Assembly: GCA_963816815.1 (NCBI GenBank)
Contig: CAWFMW010000013.1
Span: 85,502 to 149,501, forward strand
Origin: an uncultured Alphaproteobacteria bacterium
GTDB lineage: Bacteria; Pseudomonadota; Alphaproteobacteria; Rhizobiales; Xanthobacteraceae
DNA length: 64,000 bases
Direction of reading: 5' to 3'
The notes beneath the pieces are model-generated. The model made no database searches, had not been told where the DNA came from, and saw only the letters and a program-made list of their open reading frames with translations. This document shows, in pieces, positions 29,487 through 37,504 of this stretch. Numbering within the stretch: the first letter of the stretch is position 1; every line of letters begins with the position of its first letter. A program made the position numbers and the translations under genes.

Positions 29487-29693
29487 TCAGGCGATGATGT
29501 CAGGCGTGATCTGGTCTTCGATGAAGGCGATGCGGTCGCGCAACTGCAGCTTGCGTTTCTTCAACCGCTGCAGCCGCAACAAATCCGGCGCCGGCGACTG
29601 ATGCAACGCGTCGATCGCCGCATCGAGATCGCGATGTTCCTGTTGCAGCCGGGCGAGCTCGTTTTCCAGCTCGCGCTCATCATCGTCGGTCAT
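29487..29693 (-). CDS. YdcH/DUF465 family protein
   Basis: LARLQQEHRDLDAAI...LQRLKKRKLQLRDRI. Confidence 0.88.
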   Translation of the reverse strand: MTDDDERELENELARLQQEHRDLDAAIDALHQSPAPDLLRLQRLKKRKLQLRDRIAFIEDQITPDIIA

Positions 29694-29742
29694 GGTGTAC
29701 GTTAGCTGAAAGCGTGATGAGGTTGTGAACGGATTATTCTCC

Positions 29743-29842
29743 GAGCGTGATGACTTTCGTTCGAATAGTCATCCCGCTCTAGTTGTTTGAGTTGCGCATG
29801 ATCTTTTCGGAAAACCGGTAGCCACTTTTCCGGATCATGCTC
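29743..29842. repeat. Rhizobiales intergenic repeat (RIME/Bru-RS-like family)
   Basis: gcatgatc...gatcatgc inverted ends around ggaaaaccggtagccacttttcc, plus adjoining gagcgtgatgact/agtcatcccgctc hairpin. Confidence 0.75.
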
Positions 29843-30034
29843 CAAGCCGGCACTAAATATCGTCCCTGGGAGGCCGGTCCGCAAGCTGAGCGGGTTCCCA
29901 TACTCACTTTTGGTTACAGATAAATCCGAAAATATGACAGGCGTGATTCTGGATAATCATCGACAAATTCGACGACTGGTGTACACTCCCTCGTCCGGAT
30001 CGAATCTGAGGTTCAACCACCGAGGAGATTTCGT

Positions 30035-30220
30035 ATGGCACTACAGGCGCATCTTGTTGAACTTGAACGTAAACACAAGAGCCTTGAGAATGAATTGCAT
30101 GAAGCGCTCGTGCACCTTTCCACCGACGACCTGCAAATTGTCGAGTTGAAGCGCCGTAAATTGATGGTCAAGGATGAGATCGAACGGTTGAAGTATACCG
30201 TCGCTGAAACTCTCCACTAG
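30035..30220 (+). CDS. YdcH/DUF465 family protein
   Basis: LVELERKHKSLENEL...ELKRRKLMVKDEIERL. Confidence 0.88.
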   Translation: MALQAHLVELERKHKSLENELHEALVHLSTDDLQIVELKRRKLMVKDEIERLKYTVAETLH

Positions 30221-30311
30221 CCAGTCCCGCAAATATCGAAAATCCCGGACACGGCCGGATGGGCGCAGAGCTCATCCGGGCCGCAATTAGTTTTTTTCAT
30301 AGCGCAGTTTG

Positions 30312-31415
30312 TTAGAGCTCCGCGAGGGTGCCGACGTGATCGGCGATCGCGAGCGATGACGTCAGTCCCGGCGATTCGATACCGAACAGATTGATCAGTC
30401 CGGCGACGCCGTGATCGGCTGGGCCCTGAATCAGAAAATCCTGCGTGGCGACAGCCGGCGGCACGATCTTCGGCCGAATTCCGGAGTAGCTCGGCATCAG
30501 CGCGCCATCCGGCAGCGTCGGCCAGTAGCGCCGGATCGCGGGATAGAAACGCTCGGCGCGGGCAGGATCCACCGCATAGTCGATGCTCTCGACCCATTCG
30601 ACGTCGGGACCGAAACGGGCCTGGCCCGCCATGTCGAGCGTGAGGTGCACGCCCAGTCCGCCGGGCTCCGGCACCGGATAGATCAGGCGAGAAAACGGCG
30701 CCCGCGCGTTGCAGCTGAAATAATTACCCTTGGCCAGATAGGCGCAGGGGATCAGCCCGACCGGCATGCCTTCGATGCTGCGCGCCAAAGCAGGCGCGCC
30801 CAAGCCCGCCGCGTTGACGAGCAGGTTACAGGCAAGCGCCATCGGTGCGTCGCCGCCGGCTTCGATTTCGATCCGGCCGGCGCCGGTCCGGGCGCGCAAC
30901 AGCGGCGTATGGAATGCGTAGGCCGCGCCGGCGTCTTCCGCATCGCCCCGCAGCGCCAGCATGTAGGCGTGGCTGTCGATGATGCCGGTCGATGGCGACA
31001 ACAGCGCCGCATCGCAATTCAGCGCCGGCTCCAGTGCGCGCGCCGCTTCGCCCGTCAGCAACTGCATGTCGTCGACGCCATTGGCTTCGGCATGCGCCCG
31101 GATCGACTGCAGCTTTTCGGTTTCGCTTGGCGTCGTCGCGACGATCAGCTTGCCGCAATTGCGATGGGGAATGCCGTGGTCGCGGCAATACTGGTAAAGC
31201 GCGCGCTTGCCGCTGACGCACATCTGCGCCATCAGGCTGCCGGCGCGGTAATAGATGCCGGCGTGGATCACCTCGCTGTTGCGGGAGGAGGTGATGGTGC
31301 CGATGCCCTCAGCGGCCTCGAGCACGATGACTTCGCGGCCCGCCTGGGCCAGCCGCCGTGCGATCGCGAGCCCGATCACCCCCGCTCCGACGACGACACA
31401 ATCGACCTTGTCCAT
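30312..31415 (-). CDS. FAD-dependent oxidoreductase, L-2-hydroxyglutarate oxidase (LhgO)-like
   Basis: [28 protein letters not shown] and [10 protein letters not shown]. Confidence 0.9.
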   Translation of the reverse strand: MDKVDCVVVGAGVIGLAIARRLAQAGREVIVLEAAEGIGTITSSRNSEVIHAGIYYRAGSLMAQMCVSGKRALYQYCRDHGIPHRNCGKLIVATTPSETEKLQSIRAHAEANGVDDMQLLTGEAARALEPALNCDAALLSPSTGIIDSHAYMLALRGDAEDAGAAYAFHTPLLRARTGAGRIEIEAGGDAPMALACNLLVNAAGLGAPALARSIEGMPVGLIPCAYLAKGNYFSCNARAPFSRLIYPVPEPGGLGVHLTLDMAGQARFGPDVEWVESIDYAVDPARAERFYPAIRRYWPTLPDGALMPSYSGIRPKIVPPAVATQDFLIQGPADHGVAGLINLFGIESPGLTSSLAIADHVGTLAEL

Positions 31416-31544
31416 GTCAGTTTCGGACCTGCAAATCTGGCGTGAAAACCGGCGCTTGCCGGGCTTGGCAACCGTCGTTTCGTGCGCCGGAACAGTCAAA
31501 CAACCCGTTGGTTTGTCTCGAAATACGCCGGGAACGCAGTCCCG

Positions 31545-31559
31545 TTAGTAGAGCATTAA
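31545..31559. promoter_or_regulatory. CtrA-like site (TTAG-N7-TTAA)
   Basis: ttag-tagagca-ttaa, one mismatch, ~115 bp upstream of the PAS-GGDEF-EAL gene. Confidence 0.45.
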
Positions 31560-31672
31560 TCATGTCAGGCCAATTGCCGTAATTCGGGTCACATTTTAGA
31601 ATTGCAGGGGTAGTCATTTACCCGATCCAAACCCGTCAAGCCAGACACTCCACCCGCAAACTCGGGTGGGTA

Positions 31673-34375
31673 ATGGCTGACAGGAACCGGCAGGCAAAAC
31701 GGAAGGATTTGATTCCGGTGCAGGCCCTCGTCTGTCTGCTCGCCATTGCCGTGCCGTGTGGATTTGCGTGGGCGGCCGAGCCTGCCGCGGGCTTTGCCCC
31801 GGCGAGCTATATCGGCGAACTCGATCCCAATTTCGTGTGGGAGCTCCTGCTAGGTGGAATCGCCACGGTTTCCTTCCTGGTAGCGATCGGGATCTGGATA
31901 CTGACGGCTGTGCGTGGCGCCAGGAACGCGCAATTGCGGCGCAACGCATTCATCAGCACGGCGCTCAACACGCTCAACCAGGGCGTGATGATAACCAACG
32001 CGCAAAACCGCGTGGTCTTCTACAACGACCGCTTTCTCGAAATGTACAGGCTCAGCCCCGCCGAGATTCCGGGCTCGATGACCGGCCGCGAACTGCTCGA
32101 ACTGCGCCGCTCACGGGGCCTGCTCAGCATCACCGTCGACGAGTTCAGTACGCTTGCCCGTCGCCCCGAAGGCGTCGTCACCGAACTGCCGGACGGGCGT
32201 TCGGTGGTTTCGAAGCTCTTCCGCCTGCCCAATGGCGGGACGATCGGCACGCATGAGGATTGCACGGAGCAGCGCCAGCTGTCGCGCAAACTGGCATCGA
32301 CCACCCAGTTTCTGGAATCGGTGCTCGACAACGTTCCGGTCTGCGTCGCCGCCAAGAGCATCGAGGACGGCCGCTATATTTTCGTCAACCGCGCGTTCGA
32401 GCGCTTCTCCCGTTTCTCCCGCGACCACATCGTCGGCAAACGCGCCGAGGAGATGTTCCGGCCGGAAACCGCCAAGAGCATCGAGATTGCGGATGCAGCG
32501 GCGCTGACGGCGCCGGAAGGTCATAGCCGCAGCGAATATTTCGTCGAGCGGGGCGACGAGAAACGTGTGATCTCCTCCAATCGCGTGATCGCCCGTAACG
32601 AGAACAACGAGCCGGAGTTCCTGATCAACCTGTTCGACGACGTCACCGACCGGCGGTCGCTGTCGCGCGAGCTGGAAAGCACCAAGAAGTTCCTCGAGCT
32701 CGTGGTCGACAACATCCCGGTTTCGCTGATCGTCGAGCGGGTCAGCGACGGACGCTATTTGCTCGCCAATCGCAGCGCCGAGACCATTCTCAATCGCCGC
32801 CGCGAGGACGCCACCGGTCTGACCGCCGCCGATATCTTCAATCCGCGCGAAGCCAAGTTGATCATCGCGCGCGACGAGGCCGCGATCATGAAGCGCGGCC
32901 TGCTCACCGAGGAGCACCCGATCTCCACCAAGGACGGGCTGCGGCTGTTCCTGACCCGCCGCATGACGGTGCTCGACGAGACCGGCGAGCCGCAATATCT
33001 GATCAAGACCCATGAGGACGTCACCGACCGCCGCCAGACCAAATCGCGGATGGCGCACATGGCCTACCATGACGGCCTGACCGATCTGCCGAACCGCGCC
33101 TCCTTCCTGCAGGCGCTGGCGCAGATGATCGAGGCCTGTGCTGGCACCGACGAGGAATTCGCCGTGCTGTGCGTCGACCTCGACGGCCTGAAGGAAATCA
33201 ACGACGTGTTCGGCCATGCGATGGGCGACAAGCTCCTGATCGAGGTTGCGGGCCGCATCCAGTCCTGCGCACGCGGCGGCGTGGTGGCCCGGCTGTCCGG
33301 CGACGAGTTCGGCCTGATCATCGACGGCAAGCAGCCGGAGGCGGGCACAGCGCTCGCCGAAAAACTCGCGCAGACGCTATCGGACGAATTCGTGATCGAC
33401 GGCAAGTCGGTGCGCACCGGCGTCACAACAGGCATTTCGGTATTTCCGCATCACGGCTCGGACGCGGCTTCGCTGCTCGCCAATTCCGGCGCGGCGCTGT
33501 TCCGCGCCAAGCAGAAGTCGCGCGGCTCGATCAGCATTTTCGCGCCCGAGATGGACCAGCAGATTCGCGACCGCCGCGTGCTGCACCAGGACCTCTCGAT
33601 GGCGATCCGGAACGGCGAGCTGTCGCTGCATTACCAGCCACAGGCCGCCGCGGGGGCGACGGTTGCCGCCAGCAAGGTCATCGGCTTCGAGGCGCTGGCG
33701 CGCTGGATGCATCCGGTGCGCGGCTTCGTGTCGCCGGGCGAGTTCATCCCGCTGGCCGAAGAGAGCGGCCTGATCGTCGAGATGGGCGTCTGGATCCTGC
33801 GCGAAGCCTGCCGGGAGGCCGCCTCCTGGCCAGTGCCGATGCAGATCGCCGTCAACCTGTCGCCGGCGCAGTTCATGCATGGTGACGTGGTCAGCCTGGT
33901 GCATTCGATCCTGCTCGAGACCGGGCTGTCCCCCGACCGGCTCGAACTCGAAATCACCGAAGGCGTGCTGATCGAGGACTTCGACCGTGGTCTTGCTCTG
34001 TTGCGGCGGCTGAAGGCGCTTGGCGTACGGATCTCGATGGACGATTTTGGTTCCGGCTATTCCTCGCTGAGCTATCTGCAGGCGTTCCCGTTCGACAAGA
34101 TCAAGATCGACCGCGCCTTTGTGATGAATCTCGGGCGCAATCCGCAGTCGGCGGCGATCGTGCGCGCCGTCATCGATCTCGGCCACGGCCTCGAAATGTC
34201 GATCGTTGCTGAAGGCGTCGAGACCCAGGAGCAGCTCAGCTTCCTCGCGGACGAGGGCTGCGACGCGGTGCAGGGCTATTTCCTCGGCAGGCCCCAGCCG
34301 ATCGGGCAATACGCCGCGCTGGTCGGCCGCAGCGCCGCCAGCGACGGCGAAACCGCGCGCAAGCTGCGCGCGTGA
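31673..34375 (+). CDS. Membrane-anchored PAS x3-GGDEF-EAL c-di-GMP protein
   Basis: N-terminal TMs, three PAS-like repeats, RLSGDEF, FEALARW and MDDFGSGYSSLSYL. Confidence 0.93.
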   Translation: MADRNRQAKRKDLIPVQALVCLLAIAVPCGFAWAAEPAAGFAPASYIGELDPNFVWELLLGGIATVSFLVAIGIWILTAVRGARNAQLRRNAFISTALNTLNQGVMITNAQNRVVFYNDRFLEMYRLSPAEIPGSMTGRELLELRRSRGLLSITVDEFSTLARRPEGVVTELPDGRSVVSKLFRLPNGGTIGTHEDCTEQRQLSRKLASTTQFLESVLDNVPVCVAAKSIEDGRYIFVNRAFERFSRFSRDHIVGKRAEEMFRPETAKSIEIADAAALTAPEGHSRSEYFVERGDEKRVISSNRVIARNENNEPEFLINLFDDVTDRRSLSRELESTKKFLELVVDNIPVSLIVERVSDGRYLLANRSAETILNRRREDATGLTAADIFNPREAKLIIARDEAAIMKRGLLTEEHPISTKDGLRLFLTRRMTVLDETGEPQYLIKTHEDVTDRRQTKSRMAHMAYHDGLTDLPNRASFLQALAQMIEACAGTDEEFAVLCVDLDGLKEINDVFGHAMGDKLLIEVAGRIQSCARGGVVARLSGDEFGLIIDGKQPEAGTALAEKLAQTLSDEFVIDGKSVRTGVTTGISVFPHHGSDAASLLANSGAALFRAKQKSRGSISIFAPEMDQQIRDRRVLHQDLSMAIRNGELSLHYQPQAAAGATVAASKVIGFEALARWMHPVRGFVSPGEFIPLAEESGLIVEMGVWILREACREAASWPVPMQIAVNLSPAQFMHGDVVSLVHSILLETGLSPDRLELEITEGVLIEDFDRGLALLRRLKALGVRISMDDFGSGYSSLSYLQAFPFDKIKIDRAFVMNLGRNPQSAAIVRAVIDLGHGLEMSIVAEGVETQEQLSFLADEGCDAVQGYFLGRPQPIGQYAALVGRSAASDGETARKLRA

Positions 34376-34478
34376 TTTCGCGAAATCGCGCCGCGCTGCA
34401 TCGGGCGCAAGGCCTGGAGAGGCGACTACATGCATGACCTCCAGACCTCCTGTGATTTGATTTCGACGAGACCCTGGC

Positions 34479-34507
34479 TTGCCTTCCCTTGAGGGCCCGG
34501 CTATTTT
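34479..34507 (+). promoter_or_regulatory. Sigma70-type promoter candidate for the ABC-F leader
   Basis: TTGCCT-N17-TATTTT. Confidence 0.45.
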
Positions 34508-34544
34508 TGGCCCGGTATCTGATCGAGAGAGGGAGGGCTGCGCG

Positions 34545-34616
34545 GTGACGACATTTTTCCGGCGCTATCGCCAGCGTGGCCCCGTCAACGCCCTGCAAAT
34601 GCGTTTGCAGGGCTGA
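34545..34616 (+). CDS. Putative leader peptide (uORF) of the ABC-F gene, MTTFFRRYRQRGPVNALQMRLQG
   Basis: GGAGG SD at 34532-34536, 8 nt before GTG; 23 codons; 3' end overlaps hairpin gccctgcaaa/tttgcagggc. Confidence 0.5.
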   Translation: MTTFFRRYRQRGPVNALQMRLQG

Positions 34617-34786
34617 CCAGAGACTTTTTCGCACATCGCTTCCTGGTCTGCCCCCGTCGCAATGCGGCATCGAACGTCTGACTGTTCGCGCCTGCATTTG
34701 TGTAGCTCGCCGCGCTCCCACACCAACATCCGATGATGGCTTCATGCCCCGGACGTCGTGTTGGCCGGCAAGACCAGGGAACGACC

Positions 34787-36313
34787 ATGACCCTTATCAA
34801 TATTCGCAATCTCGGCGTGACGCTGAACGCTCCGCTGTTTTCCCGGTTGGACCTTTCCGTCAATGCCGGCGACCGCATCGGGCTCGTCGCCGCCAACGGA
34901 CGCGGCAAGTCCACCTTATTGCGCTGCATTGCTGGTATGTCTGAGCCGAGCGAAGGCGAGATCGCCAGATCACGCGGGCTGACCATCGGCTATGTCGCGC
35001 AGGAAGTACCGTCCGCGCTTGCGGACACACCGTTCCATGCGGCAGTGCTCGAGTTGCTTCCCGTTGAACGACGGGCAGGTGAAGGCTGGAGGGTCGATGT
35101 TGCCCTGGAATCGCTTGAGGTGCCCGAAGCGCTGTGGCAGCGGCCGCTGAAGCAGTTGAGCGGCGGCTGGCAGCGGTTTGCCATGCTTGCGCGCGTCGTG
35201 GTGGCCGAAGCCGATGTGTTGTTGCTCGACGAGCCGACCAACCATTTGGACCTCGCCAGGATTTGTCAGCTTGAAGCCTGGCTGAACGCGCTGCCACGGG
35301 AAATGCCGGTCGTGATAGCGAGCCATGACCGCGCCTTTCTCGACGTCACCACGAATCGCACGGTATTTTTGCGGCCCGAGCGGTCGCCGATATTTTCATT
35401 GTCCTATACGCAGGCGCGCGCCGCGCTCAGCGAGGCGGACGCATCGGATGAACGGCGCTACCGGCGTGACCTGAAGGCGGCCGAGCAGCTTCGGCAGCAC
35501 GCTGCAAAGCTCAACAATATCGGCATCAATTCCGGCAGTGATCTTCTGTTGCAGAAAACCAAGCAACTGAAGCGACGGGCGGCGAAGCTGGAAGATGCGG
35601 CAAAGCCCGCCCATCTGGAGCGCTCCGTGGGGACGATCAAGCTCGCCAACCGCGGAACGCATGCCAAGGTCCTGATTGCGCTTGATGATGCCGCCGTCGC
35701 CACCCCCGACGGCAGGTTGCTGTTCAAAACCGGCAAGCAGTTCATCTGCAAGGAAGACCGGATCGTGCTGTTGGGACCGAACGGGGCCGGCAAGACCCGG
35801 CTCGTGGCGATGCTGCGCCAGGCGATCGAAAACCCGGAAGCCACGCAGGCCGGCATCAAGGTGGCGGAGTCGCTTGCGCTCGGCTATTGCGAACAGAATC
35901 TTGCCGATCTTTCCGATGCCGACACGCCGATGCACGCGATCGTCAGCCGTTTCGAAGTCGGCGATCAGCGGGCGCGCGCATTGCTCGCCGGCGCAGGGCT
36001 GTCGGTTGCGATGCAGAGCCGTCCGATCGGCCGGCTTTCCGGTGGACAGAAGGCGCGTCTCGGCATGCTGCTGCTGCGGCTTGCCCAGCCAAACTTCTAT
36101 CTGCTCGATGAACCCACCAATCACCTGGATATCGAGGGGCAGGAGGCGCTGGAGGACGAATTACTGGAGCATCAGGCGAGCTGCCTGCTGGTTTCTCACG
36201 ACCGCAACTTCGTGCGAGCGGTAGGAAGCCGGTTCTGGCTAATCGAAAAGAAGAAGCTGGTGGAACTGGAAGGGCCGGAGCATTTCTTCGCATCGATGGG
36301 AGCAACCGGCTGA
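34787..36313 (+). CDS. ABC-F family ATPase (ribosome-associated, no TM domain)
   Basis: Two NBDs: AANGRGKST/LSGGW/LLDEPTNHLD and GPNGAGKT/LSGGQ/LLDEPTNHLD, with a helical linker. Confidence 0.93.
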   Translation: MTLINIRNLGVTLNAPLFSRLDLSVNAGDRIGLVAANGRGKSTLLRCIAGMSEPSEGEIARSRGLTIGYVAQEVPSALADTPFHAAVLELLPVERRAGEGWRVDVALESLEVPEALWQRPLKQLSGGWQRFAMLARVVVAEADVLLLDEPTNHLDLARICQLEAWLNALPREMPVVIASHDRAFLDVTTNRTVFLRPERSPIFSLSYTQARAALSEADASDERRYRRDLKAAEQLRQHAAKLNNIGINSGSDLLLQKTKQLKRRAAKLEDAAKPAHLERSVGTIKLANRGTHAKVLIALDDAAVATPDGRLLFKTGKQFICKEDRIVLLGPNGAGKTRLVAMLRQAIENPEATQAGIKVAESLALGYCEQNLADLSDADTPMHAIVSRFEVGDQRARALLAGAGLSVAMQSRPIGRLSGGQKARLGMLLLRLAQPNFYLLDEPTNHLDIEGQEALEDELLEHQASCLLVSHDRNFVRAVGSRFWLIEKKKLVELEGPEHFFASMGATG

Positions 36314-36332
36314 CGCGTTCCCAGCGAAGTGG

Positions 36333-36589
36333 GAAGAATACGTTTGCTACGGCGTGGACGTTATCACCACCAACACCGTTGAAGGTTATTACTCGATCTT
36401 CAAACGCGGCATGAGAGGCGTTTATCAGCATCGCTCCGAAAAACATCGTTACCTTGTTGAATTTGATTTCCGGTACAGCAACCGAGCGAAGCTTGGTGTG
36501 AACGATGCGATGCGCGCTAACAAACTATGAAGGGTATCGTTGGAAAGCGGTTGATGTACCGCAGACCTCGTAGCACCGAAATCAACTGA
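36333..36589 (+). pseudogene. IS1595-family (ISXO2-like DDE) transposase, C-terminal fragment, frameshifted
   Basis: Manual translation EEYV...TTNTVEGYYSIFKRGMRGVYQHRSEKHRYLVEFDFRYSNR...; after a frameshift KGIVGKRLMYRRP; N-terminus missing. Confidence 0.88.
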
Positions 36590-36672
36590 ACAAATGACGC
36601 GAAAGTTTGTGCGATCACGAAACGCAAAACAACGCTCATAACGAATAAAACGATTAAACACCGTAAGACAAC

Positions 36673-36713
36673 GACGCTTTGTCTTACAAAGCAGCGACGT
36701 AAGACAAAGCGTC
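36673..36713. repeat. Perfect 15-bp inverted repeat with 11-nt spacer
   Basis: gacgctttgtcttac-aaagcagcgac-gtaagacaaagcgtc; extra GTAAGACAA copy at 36663-36671. Confidence 0.85.
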
Positions 36714-36748
36714 CTAAAAGTGTAGCCCCACTGCAGCGAAGCCGAGTT

Positions 36749-37003
36749 CTAACGCTTATTTCCCTTGGAAATATTCGTATCCGAATAATCTTTGCTATCA
36801 GCAAAGTTTAGCTGCTGGCTAACATCCGGCTTAACGTGAGGCTGCGGCTTCATCTTAAGCATGCGCTTAAGTACTTCGTCGCGCTTCGTATTTTTCGCGT
36901 CCGCATTTTGCGAATTCACGTCTTGTGAACTTGTCGAAGGCTTGGAAGATTTAGCTACGTTAAAGTTTCCAACCTGCAAGCGCGGGAATCTTGGGACTCT
37001 CAC
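36749..37003 (-). CDS. Small basic passenger protein of the IS remnant (possibly decayed)
   Basis: ...AKSSKPST...KRDEVLKRMLKMKPQPHVK...; the natural start may be the codon at 36958-36956 (now GTA) behind GGTTGGAAAC. Confidence 0.5.
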   Translation of the reverse strand: MRVPRFPRLQVGNFNVAKSSKPSTSSQDVNSQNADAKNTKRDEVLKRMLKMKPQPHVKPDVSQQLNFADSKDYSDTNISKGNKR

Positions 37004-37075
37004 ACGTATGCACTTGCGTGAAATACACGAAGCATGGATGTTGCTCGGTACGAGTCTTCTCCACTTGATTCGCGT

Positions 37076-37270
37076 GAGAGTGGGGAGCCGGTCTTAGCCG
37101 ACGAAGCAAACCCGGCTTCCCCTCTCTGGCGATCCAGCCCCTTCCATAAGGGCCGGGACCGGGGAGCCACCTTCCAAAAGTGACCTCCCCTTCAAGGCCG
37201 TCCGGTTTCCAACCCGGGCGGCTTTGTCGTTTCCCGGTAGGCTTACCGAATCAAATATTCGGTCCTACCG
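37076..37270 (+). ncRNA. Putative structured ncRNA: five consecutive hairpins, three with UUCCA loops
   Basis: Stems at 37076-37126, 37133-37158, 37161-37190, 37194-37225 (with T-rich tail) and 37235-37270; several G-U pairs on the + strand; no convincing ORF. Confidence 0.55.
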
Positions 37271-37504
37271 AAAACTCAGTAACCGTATGGGTCACACCCC
37301 CGCTCATCAAGCAAAAGGACAGTGTGTCCCAGAGAAAGTTTGCAGAATGCGAACTGCGCTTTACCGGTAGTCCCGAAACCGTCCTAAATTACACCGGTTA
37401 GTTTTTTGGTACGTCCAGTATATATTTCCCTCGGGGAGCGACATCCTCTTTTGGCCATCATGCCCTAGTGTAGTGAATTCACCTTCCCTACAGTCACCTT
37501 GCGT

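Larger units (their letters stand above)
36333..37430 (+). mobile_element. Truncated IS1595-family element: transposase remnant, cargo and probable right terminal inverted repeat
   Basis: Visibly lower GC than the flanks; ends in gtccagtatatatttccc (37413-37430), resembling IS1595-type termini as recalled; left end not present. Confidence 0.7.

Noticed and set aside
36517-36804. 95-aa minus-strand ORF in the IS cargo as a membrane toxin
   Set aside because: No SD, overlaps the transposase remnant antisense and runs through the inverted repeat; hydrophobicity is explained by the A-rich opposite strand.
37133-37225. CsrB/RsmZ-like sponge on the minus strand (loops read UGGAA)
   Set aside because: G-U pairs and the T-rich tail favour the + strand, and CsrA is generally absent from this lineage; kept only as an alternative to test.
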